Assembly (NCBI GenBank): GCA_903813345.2
Contig: CAIIXF020000001.1
Coordinates: 34,472,001 to 34,536,000 of the forward strand
Reading direction: 5' to 3'
Source: Owenia fusiformis
Taxonomy: Eukaryota
Length of the DNA stretch: 64,000 nucleotides
In this document: in pieces, positions 13,619 through 24,465 of the stretch
How the letters are laid out: each line of letters opens with the position of its first letter
Position numbering within the stretch: position 1 is the stretch's first letter
The notes under the pieces: generated by a model
Told to the model about the DNA's origin: nothing
What the model saw: only the letters and a program-made list of their open reading frames with translations
Databases searched by the model: none
Translations under genes and position numbers: made by a program

Positions 13619-13688
13619 TTAAGTTGTAAAAGAGTCACTATCTCATGAGTTTGGTATAGAGTCACTGTCTCTTTCTTATTTTGTTTGC

Positions 13689-13965
13689 TTAGAATCTTTT
13701 TGTATTTTGCAGATAGCGATGCAGCGCTTCTGTGATTGTTCTGTTGGTGGGCCCGTTGATGTTTGTGTTTAGGCCTAGTATGAGTTGTAAGTCTATGATT
13801 TGCGGGTGTTGTTCTCCTAGTAGGATAGTGTCGATGCGAGCAAGTAGTTCCTCCCTTTGGTCCTGGAATAAGGAGCAGTCAAATATAAAATGGTGTATTG
13901 ACTCGGGGACCATACAATGAGTACAATTAGGGGACTTATTCTCAGGGTTTAGCTTTGAGAGATGT
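13689..13965 (-). pseudogene. LINE ORF2 C-terminus with CCHC zinc knuckle, separated by a MITE insertion
   Basis: KHLSKLN...CTHCMVPESIHHFIFDC = Cx2Cx7Hx4C motif typical of LINE ORF2 ends; in frame with the upstream ORF once 13970..14334 plus one TTAA is removed. Confidence 0.85.
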
Positions 13966-13969
13966 TTAA

Positions 13970-14334
13970 AGGTGCAACAATTAGTGCAGAGGGGCCATTC
14001 AACGATCATGGACCAGTGTCAAAATATATTTAAGTTTGGATATTTCATCAAGACTAACATCTATTTTTATTATCCACAAAAAAAACCCACTAGATAAACA
14101 TTATTTCAGCATATATTCCTCTTAAAACATGGTGGATCTTAAAAATATAAAAGCGGATTTCCCCTTTTTGAAGCTTTGAACTGAATTTACACTTCTTAAT
14201 GCTGAAATTGATAGTTTATACATACATTTTAAGAAAATAGGTCTGTCAAAGAAGATGTTAAGCCAAATGTTGCCTTGATAGCTCATAAAAAGTTAAAATT
14301 TTCCTATTTTCTCTCTACAGGCCTTGTTGCCCCT
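13970..14334. mobile_element. Kolobok-like MITE interrupting LINE ORF2
   Basis: TTAA|AGGTGCAACA...TGTTGCCCCT|TTAA; the right end is homologous to ~26180-26294. Confidence 0.85.
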
Positions 14335-17300
14335 TTAAGTTGTGTGTGCCCAGACATAAGTTGGTTTGTTAATACTCTATTGTACCTATTTCCTACCTGA
14401 AGGCTTAAACTTTTGGTTTTGATCTTAGGGACCAGGTTTTGAATGAAGCTCACTTTACTAGAGTTCTCAAATCTGGACTGCCATTTGTGAGTGCAGCCAT
14501 TTTTAATCTTATTATAAGCTGTAGTCTTTGTGATGTTGGTCTCCGTGAGCTGTTTGGCATTTTCAGCTGCCTTCTTGGCCATCTTGTCTGCTAGTTCGTT
14601 GCCTTCTGTGCCCTGGTGTCCAGGTACCCAGTAGACTTGGATGGTTTTATGTTGCTGTTTAAGGGTTTTACAGGCTTTGCGAATTTCGAGTGTATCAGTT
14701 GTAATTCCTTTTAAGTTAGTGGTTAAGAAGGCTGATATTATTGCCGGTTGACAATCTGATAGTAGTGTAATATCAGGGCTTGTGGTGGCTGAGGTGAGGA
14801 ATTCCAGTGCCAATTTCAATGCATGAATTTCGCCGATATAGTTGTTGCCAATCTTAGAGGTTGGTGATTGGATGCATATTGGGGAGGAAGACAGGCCTTG
14901 TTGGTAGATGATTGCTGCTGCCCCTGTTGGCCCTGGGTTCCCCAGTGATGAACCATCTGTGAAAACTATAGTGTCTTTATCTGGTTTTGAGGAAAGTATG
15001 TTGACTATATTGTCACTCTGTGATTGTTTAGAGTTCTTGAAGTCCTCCACATGGACTTTGACAGGTGGTAGTTTAAAAGTTTCAATGTTTTCGTTGTGGT
15101 AGATGTGTTTGTAATAACTCTCCTGAGAGGTTGGGCAGTTATACAGTCGTAATCTTGCTGCTAGGATGTTAAAGCAGGAGGGTTTGCGTTCTAGCGTAGA
15201 TGACTGGGCCCATTGTTCATATTCGTCAGTAATTGGGGCTGATCTGTGATGGGTAAGAATTCTAACAGCTTCTTGAGCTTGGCGTGCCCTTAGGATTATG
15301 TCGAGGGGGGGAACTCCAGCTAAAATTTCTAAAGTGTCAGTGCTGGTAGATGTTATGCAGCCGGTGGCCTTTAGTAGTGCTGATCTGTGTATAGGTGAAA
15401 ATGCTGTTATAGCTTTATCTGTTACTGATGCGGCAGCGCTGATGCCTGATTCAAAGTGAGGCATTACTAGTGCTCTATAGAGCATTGTAAAGACTTCTTG
15501 GCTGCATCCTCCCTTATTAGATGTGAAGTTTGAGATGCCGCTAAGCGCTCCGTAGGCCGCTTTTGTTTTCAGGTCTATGTGTTGGTTAAATGTTAGTTCA
15601 GTGTCAATAGTGCATCCAAGTATTTTCTTATGTGTCACTAAGTCCAACTTTTTTCGGCCGATGTGGATGTTAACTACCGGGGAGGGTTTGTTTGGTGGGG
15701 TGAAAATTAGGACTTCAGTTTTTTCAGGGGCAATTTCCATGTTCCATTTTCCACACCAAGAGACAGCAATTTGGTTAAGGTCTTCGTTGATTTGTGATGA
15801 TAGCTTATCAATGTCTTTACCATGTGCCCATATGATATTATCATCTGCGAATCCTGCTGTGGCAGATTTCACAGGGGTCATAGAGTCTTCAGTGTATAGG
15901 TTACAGAGGGATGGACTGAGAATTGATCCCTGAGGAATACCCACCCTAGATGTCATTAGTGGTGTGGTAAAGTCATTAGTTGTGATTGAGAATTGTCGGT
16001 TGTTAAGGTATTCGTGTAAATATACGAGCATCCTGCCTTTGATGCCTTTGTTAAACAGTTTGTATATGAGTCCCTCTCTCCAAATTCGTTCGAAACAACT
16101 TTCGTAATCCAGGACTGCAGCAATCACGGTTTCTCCTCTTCCCCAGGCTTGTTGGATGGATTGTATTAGTCGAAGCACTGTTTGGGAGCAGGAGTGATGT
16201 TCTCTGAAGGCATCCTGGAAAATGGAATATGAATTGGTTATTTCGTTTTTCCAAGAGAGACAGGGGTTTATGATCCTTTGGAGTATTTTCCCTATGAGGG
16301 CTTCAAGTGTGATAGGGCGGTAGGCTCGGTCTGAGTTGTAGTTGGGTTTGTTTGGTTTATTGAGCATAATTTTAGGGTCGATTTTATACTCTGATGGTAG
16401 TCTCCCCTGTTCCCAGCATTTTTGGGATAAAAACCAAATAGCTTTATGAAGTGTACTTCCGCCTTTTTTAATGAAGATACTCAAAATTTTCTCCCTTGGG
16501 CTAGGGGTTGTTTTAGTAGGAGTATGTTGGATGGCCGAGATTACCTCAGAGAGATCAATGTCTTTATTTTCCGGAGCGCACATGTTGTTATAATCCAGAG
16601 ATGCAATGATTTCCCTTTCTTTATTTATGATATCAGTGGCTTTGTTGGTTACATAAGTGAAACATGTGGTAAACTGTTGGACCGGTAGTTGTTGTTTTCC
16701 ATACTGAGCTACCATTGCTTGAGCTATGTCCTGGTCCGTAGAATAGATGGTATTGCCATCTTTAGATATTATAGGCTGGACTATTTTTTTGTTTCTTTTA
16801 TTTTGAGATTTGTTTATCGTTTGCCAAATGTTATCTGGTCTGTGTGTATCGAGCTCCTTGAACAGCTCATCCCAATACTCAGACTCGGCTTGTTGGGCCT
16901 TCCGGGAGAATTGTTCAGCGAGCTCGGTATAGGTCGACCAGTTATTTGGATCGCTTCTTTGATTATATTTTCTTTTAGCCTTTCTCAGCTTTTTTACCAT
17001 TGCTTTGAGGTCATTATTCCACCACCCTTTGCTCCTGGAACATATTGATTTAGTAGGGATGGTTTGTTCAACAATTTTAAGTAATGTGGAGCAGAGGGTG
17101 GTGTACAATTCTTCCACAGAGGAGTTTGATTGTGAATCTTGCAGCCACGTAGTGAATGATTCATTACATTTATCTTGGAATAGCTGCCAGTTGGTTTTTT
17201 GTAGGTCCCAGTATTCCCTTTTCTCCTCAGTTGAACCCTGTCCAATGCAGAACGAGATTAGCTTGTGATCCGATCTAAGGTAAATCTCATCTCGCACTGT

Positions 17301-17579
17301 CCAGTTGTCAACTTTAGAGGCCAGGGAGCCTGAGCCTATGGTCAAGTCAATGATAGTTTCCTTCCTAGTGAATTGTTTGTTGTTGAAGATGTGAAGGTTA
17401 TTTATCAGAATAAAATCTGATATGCTTTTGCCAAGCTTGTTATTCGAATTGTCATGCCAGAGTTGGTGTCTTGCATTGAAGTCACCTGTGAATAGGACTG
17501 GAAGACTATCATTAATGACCAATTGTGCAATTTTACTGAATTTGTCCCATGCTTCGATGTTCTCAGGAGGAATGTACAC
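14304..17579 (-). CDS. LINE ORF2: partial AP endonuclease, reverse transcriptase and RNase H
   Basis: APE motifs YIPP, GDFNARH, TIIDLT, SDHKLI; RT motifs YRPITL, QDAFR, GIPQGSILSP, FADD; RNase H motifs VFTDGS, GEIHA, LSDCQ, WVPGHQGTEGNELADKMAK. The last ~10 codons are read-through into the MITE. Confidence 0.93.
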   Translation of the reverse strand: MYIPPENIEAWDKFSKIAQLVINDSLPVLFTGDFNARHQLWHDNSNNKLGKSISDFILINNLHIFNNKQFTRKETIIDLTIGSGSLASKVDNWTVRDEIYLRSDHKLISFCIGQGSTEEKREYWDLQKTNWQLFQDKCNESFTTWLQDSQSNSSVEELYTTLCSTLLKIVEQTIPTKSICSRSKGWWNNDLKAMVKKLRKAKRKYNQRSDPNNWSTYTELAEQFSRKAQQAESEYWDELFKELDTHRPDNIWQTINKSQNKRNKKIVQPIISKDGNTIYSTDQDIAQAMVAQYGKQQLPVQQFTTCFTYVTNKATDIINKEREIIASLDYNNMCAPENKDIDLSEVISAIQHTPTKTTPSPREKILSIFIKKGGSTLHKAIWFLSQKCWEQGRLPSEYKIDPKIMLNKPNKPNYNSDRAYRPITLEALIGKILQRIINPCLSWKNEITNSYSIFQDAFREHHSCSQTVLRLIQSIQQAWGRGETVIAAVLDYESCFERIWREGLIYKLFNKGIKGRMLVYLHEYLNNRQFSITTNDFTTPLMTSRVGIPQGSILSPSLCNLYTEDSMTPVKSATAGFADDNIIWAHGKDIDKLSSQINEDLNQIAVSWCGKWNMEIAPEKTEVLIFTPPNKPSPVVNIHIGRKKLDLVTHKKILGCTIDTELTFNQHIDLKTKAAYGALSGISNFTSNKGGCSQEVFTMLYRALVMPHFESGISAAASVTDKAITAFSPIHRSALLKATGCITSTSTDTLEILAGVPPLDIILRARQAQEAVRILTHHRSAPITDEYEQWAQSSTLERKPSCFNILAARLRLYNCPTSQESYYKHIYHNENIETFKLPPVKVHVEDFKNSKQSQSDNIVNILSSKPDKDTIVFTDGSSLGNPGPTGAAAIIYQQGLSSSPICIQSPTSKIGNNYIGEIHALKLALEFLTSATTSPDITLLSDCQPAIISAFLTTNLKGITTDTLEIRKACKTLKQQHKTIQVYWVPGHQGTEGNELADKMAKKAAENAKQLTETNITKTTAYNKIKNGCTHKWQSRFENSSKVSFIQNLVPKIKTKSLSLQVGNRYNRVLTNQLMSGHTQLKGATRPVERK

Positions 17580-17968
17580 TGAGCACAGTAAGAATGCCAG
17601 GTCTTTTATGTATATACAAAAAACAAAATGGTACCTGCTTCATGACAGATTTTGCACTTATTTTAGATCTATAGCTGAGTTCTTCATCTTTCTACTTGTT
17701 TGGTTCGAGTAAATGACCTATGGATGCAGTTATTTGACTTTCAATACGGCGAATATTTTTCACGAGATCCGGACTCTTGTGTGTCCAAATATCATTGTAC
17801 TGATGACGTCACATTTCTGGAACCACAGGAGCACAATTCAGATTTGGACAGACAAGAGTCCGGCGATAAAATATCAATGGTTTGGCCTCTTATCAACGCA
17901 GTATTGCTTGAATACGGTCATTGGTGATAAAAAAGTTAAAGAATAACAAGACCCTTCGAAGAGGTATG

Positions 17969-18120
17969 CAGGCCTGTCAACTGTCCCGCAATTTGCGTAT
18001 TTGTCACGCATTTGCTGAAGAATTTGAAGTCACGCCAGTTATTTTTGCGTGACAGAAAATGTCACGCAAATACGCATTTTACCTGGTAATTGTCAAGCAA
18101 AATTATTTCTGTAGAAAAAA
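17969..18120 (+). mobile_element. hAT-like transposon end (CAGGCCTGTCAACTG...)
   Basis: Near-perfect reverse complement of 44458..44609; the terminus resembles that of the 27764..28720 element. Confidence 0.65.
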
Positions 18121-19825
18121 TGATTTCGTTTCATGGAGTTTGCGTTTCAGTGTAACTTCCGCAAAAATGGCAGACCACTGACAGAATTAACAGGTAAAAT
18201 CACTTCGAAATTTCAAGAGAACTTTTTACCTATATATATAATAGCTAAGAGTCTCAGGGGTATGTAGGCAAATTCATTTTGGTAGGAGCACTCTGTTTAG
18301 TTTGAAAACGCACCCTCTATTATTATATAACAGCACTGTATTTATAGATCGTCAAGAAATCGTTAATAAAAAATTTCTGACAAGTTACAAAAATGAAAGT
18401 TGAATGAACATAAGATATCACCGAGCAAAGCCCCTGGCATGAGAAAAAAATTATTTAGAATTTTCTTTTTTTTTCTAAGTTACCGGACTTCATTCTATTA
18501 TATTAGATATTAGATAGATGGTGCTGACTGTGCCTAAAGCTCACAAATAAAATATGACACAATAAATTAGTGCCGAGGTACAATTCTTCAGTGTGACACA
18601 ACCTCAGCCAATGTCTTTGCTTTCATTAACAACCCGGAATAGCCTGACTACGGTAAAGTCAGATGCCGTTGTCACAAATGGGGGACATAACCGTCGATTC
18701 AACTCTTTAATCACTTGATCCTCATTTCTTCGGATCTTATCGTAGCTAATTCTGTGCATGTATTAAGCTCTTGTGATAATGTAATATATGAAACTCCGAT
18801 TTCGATCAAATAGTGTCGTGAATCGCCACAATATAATGTCTTCGATATCATCAATGACAACGGAATCTGAATTCCCAAAGACAACGGCATATGGTAGTAT
18901 ATGACAATGGACTATGGTGGATATATTGCATTGGAACATTGGAGAAATGACAACGGAAACTAGACTTTTTACCTATATATATATATAATAGCAAAACAGT
19001 TGAGTGTAAATGACAACTTTTGTTAACTTCTATTTGAAAAAATAATCTTAGGACCCCTACCCATTCCAACTAAAGCAGGATTTTTGATTTTTCTACATTT
19101 AGCCAGTTAGAAGCATTGAATTTTTATGTTATGACTCTATGAAGAAACAATTAAAAAGATTTATGAAATCTAAATTAATAGTTATGATTATTTTTAGTTA
19201 TGATTACCTCTGCTATAATTGTGGAAGAGGTGACAAAGAAATTTCCAAGCTACTATTGCACTACACAAAGTATCATAAAGAAGAGACATTTAGTGTACGG
19301 CATGCCATACTTAGTGAAACAGATGGCAGTATCATATACAAATCTAGACACTTCTGTGTTAATGTCCAAAGGTGGATATATCGAGTGACTCAAAAATGTA
19401 ATAGCATTTGAACGTTAAATTTCATCTCAGTTATCGCTATCTCATTCTAAGCCCATGTAAAGAAGTAATTTGGATAAAGACTCGAGTAAAATAGGCTATA
19501 TCCATAAGACAAACTGAAATATTTGCGTATCTACTTATATTTTCATTTTTGATGAACTAATAAGACCGGAATTAAAGTACTCAATTGAAGTTTTGAAACA
19601 CTACTCAGGCCCATAGCAAGAATTTGAAGGGGATTTCTCTTTTTAAAAAAATCTAGGGGCCGTGAATTCGTACGATCCGATCTGGATAAATTTCGCAAAT
19701 GATGCATTGTGGGATTGTAGAATTAATCCAAATATCGGTGAATTCGTAAGATCCTGGGAATAATCTCAGCCTAAATTTCCTGTATAAATCTCATAAATAC
19801 TTGGATAAATGTCCAAATGTCCTTA

Positions 19826-20266
19826 TTTTCTGGTGGCCATTTTTAAGTTTTTTTCAAAAAATTTTGTCATTGCCATTTCAGGAAAACTGCTCATCGGATT
19901 TCCTGTACATGATAGGGGATATCAAGTTCTAGAACTTATTAAATTTTGGGTGGCCATTTTGTTTTCTGGCGGCCATTTTGAAGGTTTTTCGATAAATCTT
20001 CTCATCGCCATTTCAAGAAAACCCCTCATCAGATTTGCTCCAAATTCCCACACATGATAGAGGATATCAAGAACTAGAGCTGATAAACTTTTGGGTGGCC
20101 ATCTTGTTTTCTGGTGGCCGCGCATTTTGAAGGTTTTTTTGATAAATCTTGTCATCACCATTTTAGAAAAAAACGCTTGGATTTCCTTCAAATTCGCACA
20201 TATGATAGGGGATATCAAGTTCTACACCTATTTGATGGTATGATCTCGTTCACGTCCTGTGCCTTG
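19826..20266 (+). mobile_element. Partial HINE-type element: family-C-like tail with a different ~150-bp monomer
   Basis: About three degenerate monomers (GTGGCCATTTT...ATGATAGGGGATATCAAG) ending GGTATGATCTCGTTCACGTCCTGTGCCTTG|TT. Confidence 0.6.
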
Positions 20267-20270
20267 TTTT

Positions 20271-20730
20271 ATGAAAACAATGTGTTTTCTTTCAAGTGAA
20301 GTCCCCATGATGATAAAAATATTAATTGACCAATTCGAAAAATTATAAATATTATGTGAACAATTTTTTCAAAATGTTGAACTATTTGCTCAAAAGAGGA
20401 TCTTCTTTTTCTGATTTTTATTGCTTGAAAATATTGTTCAAAAAGGGGTCTAAAACATCTTCAAAAGTAGAATGGTACATGTATTGAAAGTCTAGTTTTT
20501 TTTAAAGATATCAGTTTTTGATGACCAAAATCATGCTGAAAACAATGGATAGCATGAGTTTTCCCTATTGGGAAATAACATGGAAAATGTGGTTTTTAAC
20601 TCTATCGCATTTCAATACCCATCCCCTTTTCAGAAGTTATTAATATAGTGTAGAAGAAACGTTTGATATATTTAAATTGAGAAAAACAAGATCCCCTTTT
20701 TTGAAAATAAGCCTTACATTTTTTAAAGGG
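20271..20730 (+). repeat. Dispersed repeat, second copy at ~41953..42400
   Basis: Colinear similarity (AAAACAAT.TGTTTTCTTTCAAGTGAAGT...GCTGAAAACAATGGATAGCATGAGTTTTCCCTAT...AAACAAGATCC). Confidence 0.7.
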
Positions 20731-20965
20731 ACAGCATCTTTTCCATTCAATCGAGGTTGGATCATGCAGCCGAAGTAAGCCATACAACCGAATTTTGCAG
20801 ATTCAATCTGACGGAGAATGCCGAGCCTCTCTTTTTGACCAATTAGAGACGTCCTCTTCACATTCGTGGAACCCTCAGCCAACTTCGTTTTCAAAGAAAA
20901 TCTTCGGCAATCTCTGGCTTTTCTTGAGGTATCTTCGGTTGCTACCCAAAAGTCGACACCCATTT

Positions 20966-22410
20966 TTATCATACCGAACAAAGTTCGAGGGGGATATAGA
21001 GAAGCCGTCTGTCCGTCCGTTCATTCGTCTGTGTGTCCGAACGATAACTCCAATACCGGTCGACGGATTTGGTTCAAATTTTATAGGCTTATGCCTTATG
21101 AGTGCAGGACCTCTGCTCGAGAAGGAATTTTCAATATTGCCGCTCAATTCAAAATGGCCACCATTTTTCGTAAAAAATGTAATCATTGATAACTCAAATA
21201 CAAGTAGACGGATTTGGTTCAAATTTAATATGCTGATGCCTAGGGACAAAGGAGTTTCGCACAAAAAGAGATTTTCAAGATGGCCGCTTAATTTCAAAAT
21301 GGTGGCCATTTTTCGTAAAAATATGTAATCTTTGATAACTCAAATACCAGTGAACGGATTTGGTTCAAATTTTATATGATGATGCTTAGGGACACAGTTG
21401 CTATGTTCGACAAAACATTTTCAAGATGGCCGCTTAATTTCAAAATGGCGGCAATTTTTCGTAAAAACCGTAATCTTTGATAACTCAAATACCAGTAAAC
21501 AGGTTTGGTTGAAATTTTATATGATTATGCCTAGGGACACAGTAGCTATGTTCAAGAAATAATTTTCAAGATGGCAGCTGAATTTCAAGATGGTGGCCCA
21601 TATTCGTAAAAAATGTAATCTTTGATAACTCATAAACCAGTGAACGGATTTGGTTCAAATTTTATGTGCTGATGCCTAGGGACAAAGGAGTTTCGCACCA
21701 AAAAGAGATTTTCAAGATGGCCGCTTAATTTCAAAATGGCGGCCATTTTTCGTAAAAATATGTAATCTTTGATAACTCAAATACCAGTGAACGGATTTGG
21801 TTCAAATTTTATATGCTGATGCCTAGGGACAAAGGAGTTTCGCACCAAAAAGAGATTTTCAAGATGGCCACTTAATTTCAAAATGGCGGCCATTTTTCGT
21901 AAAAATATGTAATCTTTGATAACTCAAATACCAGTGAACGGATTTGGTTCAAATTTTATATGATGATGCTTAGGGACACAGTAGCCATGTTCGACAAAAC
22001 ATTTTCAAGATGGCAGCTTAATTTCAAAATAACGGCAATTTTTCGTAAAAAACGTAATCTTTGATAACTCAAATACCAGTGAACAGATTTGGTTGAAATT
22101 TTATATGATTATGCCTAGGGACACAGTAGCTCTGTTCAAGAAATAATTTTCAAGATGGCGGCTGAATTTCAAGATGGCGGCCCATATTTGTAAAAAACGT
22201 AATCTTTGATAACTCATATACCAGTGAACGGATTTGGTTCAAATTTTATATGATGATGCCTAGTTAACAATGGTATAAACTAATTTTGTGCCAAATTTCA
22301 TGCTTCTATCACAGAGTACACAAACATTTCAACATTTACACTAGCTATAATAAGCATAATATGTTTTGTTCGGTGGGATTTGCTACTCCGTGGAGTTGCT
22401 GTTTTTCTAG
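20966..22410 (+). mobile_element. Helentron/HINE-type element, family A (~8 monomers of ~146 bp)
   Basis: Head TTATCATACCGAACAAAGTTCG, CCGT microsatellite, GATAACTCAAATAC recurring every 145-147 bp, tail TTCGGTGGGATTTGCTACTCCGTGGAGTTGCTGTTTTTCTAG|TT. Confidence 0.85.
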
Positions 22411-22867
22411 TTCGCCCCATTGCTGCAGGCCTACAAGTTTTATCTTACCCTGGTTGTATTAAGGCCAAGGTTTTAAAAACTAATAGAAAATACAAGTACA
22501 TGTAAGATGTACTACTAGCGTTACATTACCGTTGTCTTTCTAGATACCGTTGTCAAATATTACCGTTGTCATCTCGATTTTAGAGCACATTTGACCCACA
22601 TTTACCGTTGTCATTTTTACAGTATCCGTTGTCCCATGCCATATATCTTGATCATTTAAATTGAAGCTTTTATTTAGATGGTAGAAGATTATCAACTATA
22701 CGGTGAGTACCAAGACACTTTTATTGATTCGTGTGCCAAATAAATTTAATATACGTGCTCTATTGAACTTATAATTCGTGAAAATCAAATCGAATACGAA
22801 CCTGTGTCAGCCATTTGTGACAACGGCATCTGACTTTACCGTAGTCAGGCTATTCCGGTGTGATTAA

Positions 22868-24018
22868 GGTACAGCTGGAATATAACATTTTGGTAAAAAA
22901 TTGCTATACCTGCACATGTTATTTTCTGGTACACTATAAAGTATGAAGGCATTTGTTAATTTCTTTGCTTTTTTCAGGAAAGTATCATAACATTGTCTTC
23001 TTTTAGTATATCTGGTAAGAGGTCAATGGGAACTCCAGGAAATTCTGATATTTCACACTTTCTATTTTTCCAAATTTTCTTTCAAAGTTTCCAGACAACA
23101 CATGAGCTACCATTGACCTGTTTCCAGGTTGAGTAAAAGTCCTGAAAAAAGCAAGGAAATACACACATGCCTTCATACTTACTTTTGTACCAGAAAATAA
23201 CAATGTGCAGGTATAGCAATTTTTATTATCGTACCTAATAAAGGTACGATATTGTCGTCAGCTTGACGGGCGGCGGGCGGGCGGCGTCTCACTTTTCAGC
23301 TTGTCTACAGGTTTCCAGCCAAACCATTTGACAGATTCATCTGAAATTTTCAGGAATGTTTCTACGTATCAAAGTTAAGAACTAATTAGTTTTTGGGCAT
23401 TCTGGGTAAATTTTAAGGTGGCCATTTTGGATTTTCCGTCCTAAAATCTTCACTTTCAAGACTTGTCTACAGGTTTCCAGCCAAACCATTTGACGGATTC
23501 ATCTGAAATTTTCAGGAATGTTTCTACGTATCAAAGTTAAGAACTGATTAGTTTTTGGGCATTCTGGGTAAATTTTAAGGTGGCCATTTTGGATTTTCCG
23601 TCCTAAAATCTTCACTTTCAAGACTTGTCTACAGGTTTCCAGCCAAACCATTTGACGGATTCATTTGAAATTTACAGGGATGTTTCTACGTATCAAAGTT
23701 AACAACTGATTAGTTTTTGGGCATTCTGGGTAAAATTTAAGGTGGCCATTTTGGATTTTCCGTCCTAAAATCTTCACTTTCAAGACTTGTCTACAGGTTT
23801 CCAGGCAAACCATTTGATGGATTCATTTGAAATTTACAGGGATGTTTCTACATATCAAAGTTAACAACTGATTAGTTTTTGGGCATTCTGGGTTAATTTT
23901 AAGGTGGCCATTTTGGATTTTCCGTCCTAAATTCTTCACTGTCACATTGCTGTGTTTTAGGTATGATATTGTTCACGTCTGTGCCTTGTTTACCAAAATG
24001 TTACTTTCCAGCTGAACC
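22868..24018. mobile_element. Kolobok-like MITE with a HINE inserted in its right TIR
   Basis: TTAA|GGTACAGCTGGAA...TTCCAGCTGAACC|TTAA, ~110-bp TIRs; same family as 51904..54940. Confidence 0.85.
23225..23988 (+). mobile_element. Helentron/HINE-type element, family C (4 x 162 bp)
   Basis: Head TTATCGTACCTAATAAAGGTACGATA (hairpin), (GGGC)n microsatellite, GTCTACAGG at 23303/23465/23627/23789, tail TAGGTATGATATTGTTCACGTCTGTGCCTTG. Confidence 0.85.
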
Positions 24019-24465
24019 TTAATTCTCCTGAAGTGTCTGGAGAACCTTAAATTTTAAGGCTATTTAGCCAAAATGCTAAAGAGCCTTAAAATTTAAGGCT
24101 ATTTAGCTGTGAACATAGTATTTTGGCTAGAGAGCCTTGGGGTTTATAATCCGTGTTTATATTGTTTTTTAATGATGTTTACGTAATCTAGACAATAAAA
24201 CAACATTTCTGTGTAAATTCATCACTCTGGTAATATATTAATAATAATAATAACTTAAAGTGGGAATATCGACTGCCGAGTCGTATCCATTGATCCTGGG
24301 CCTATCGTAAAATGAAAGCTTTGAATATGTTGTTGCCTTCAAAACTGTATCTATTTTCCATGTATGCAACTAGAATTTGTGCACATACCTTATATCGATC
24401 GATAATGGCAAAGGAAAATCCTCCAATTTTTCGTCTTCATTTCTCCTTTCGTCTCCGCCATTTTT

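Larger units (their letters stand above)
12997..17610 (-). mobile_element. 5'-truncated non-LTR retrotransposon, I group (I/Nimb/Ingi-like), with RNase H
   Basis: APE-RT-RNase H-CCHC ORF, 3' UTR and (GAA)n tail at 12997-13010; two younger TTAA MITEs are inserted. No TSD identified. Confidence 0.9.
18634..22858. mobile_element. TIR DNA transposon derivative (superfamily uncertain) containing nested elements
   Basis: ~48-bp perfect TIR CCGGAATAGCCTGACTACGGTAAAGTCAGATGCCGTTGTCACAAATGG at both ends; subterminal GACAACGG / CCGTTGTC repeats at 18850-18960 and 22525-22635. Confidence 0.7.

Noticed and set aside
14908..17268. Several + strand and alternative-frame ORFs
   Set aside because: Shadow ORFs of the LINE ORF2 on the opposite strand or in other frames.
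20795..21328. Overlapping ORFs of 107-177 aa (also 2556..2816, 3432..4185, 34666..35084, 38396..38684)
   Set aside because: They are translations of satellite and microsatellite DNA inside HINE elements (VRPSVRP, KMAAIF), with no protein motifs or splice logic.
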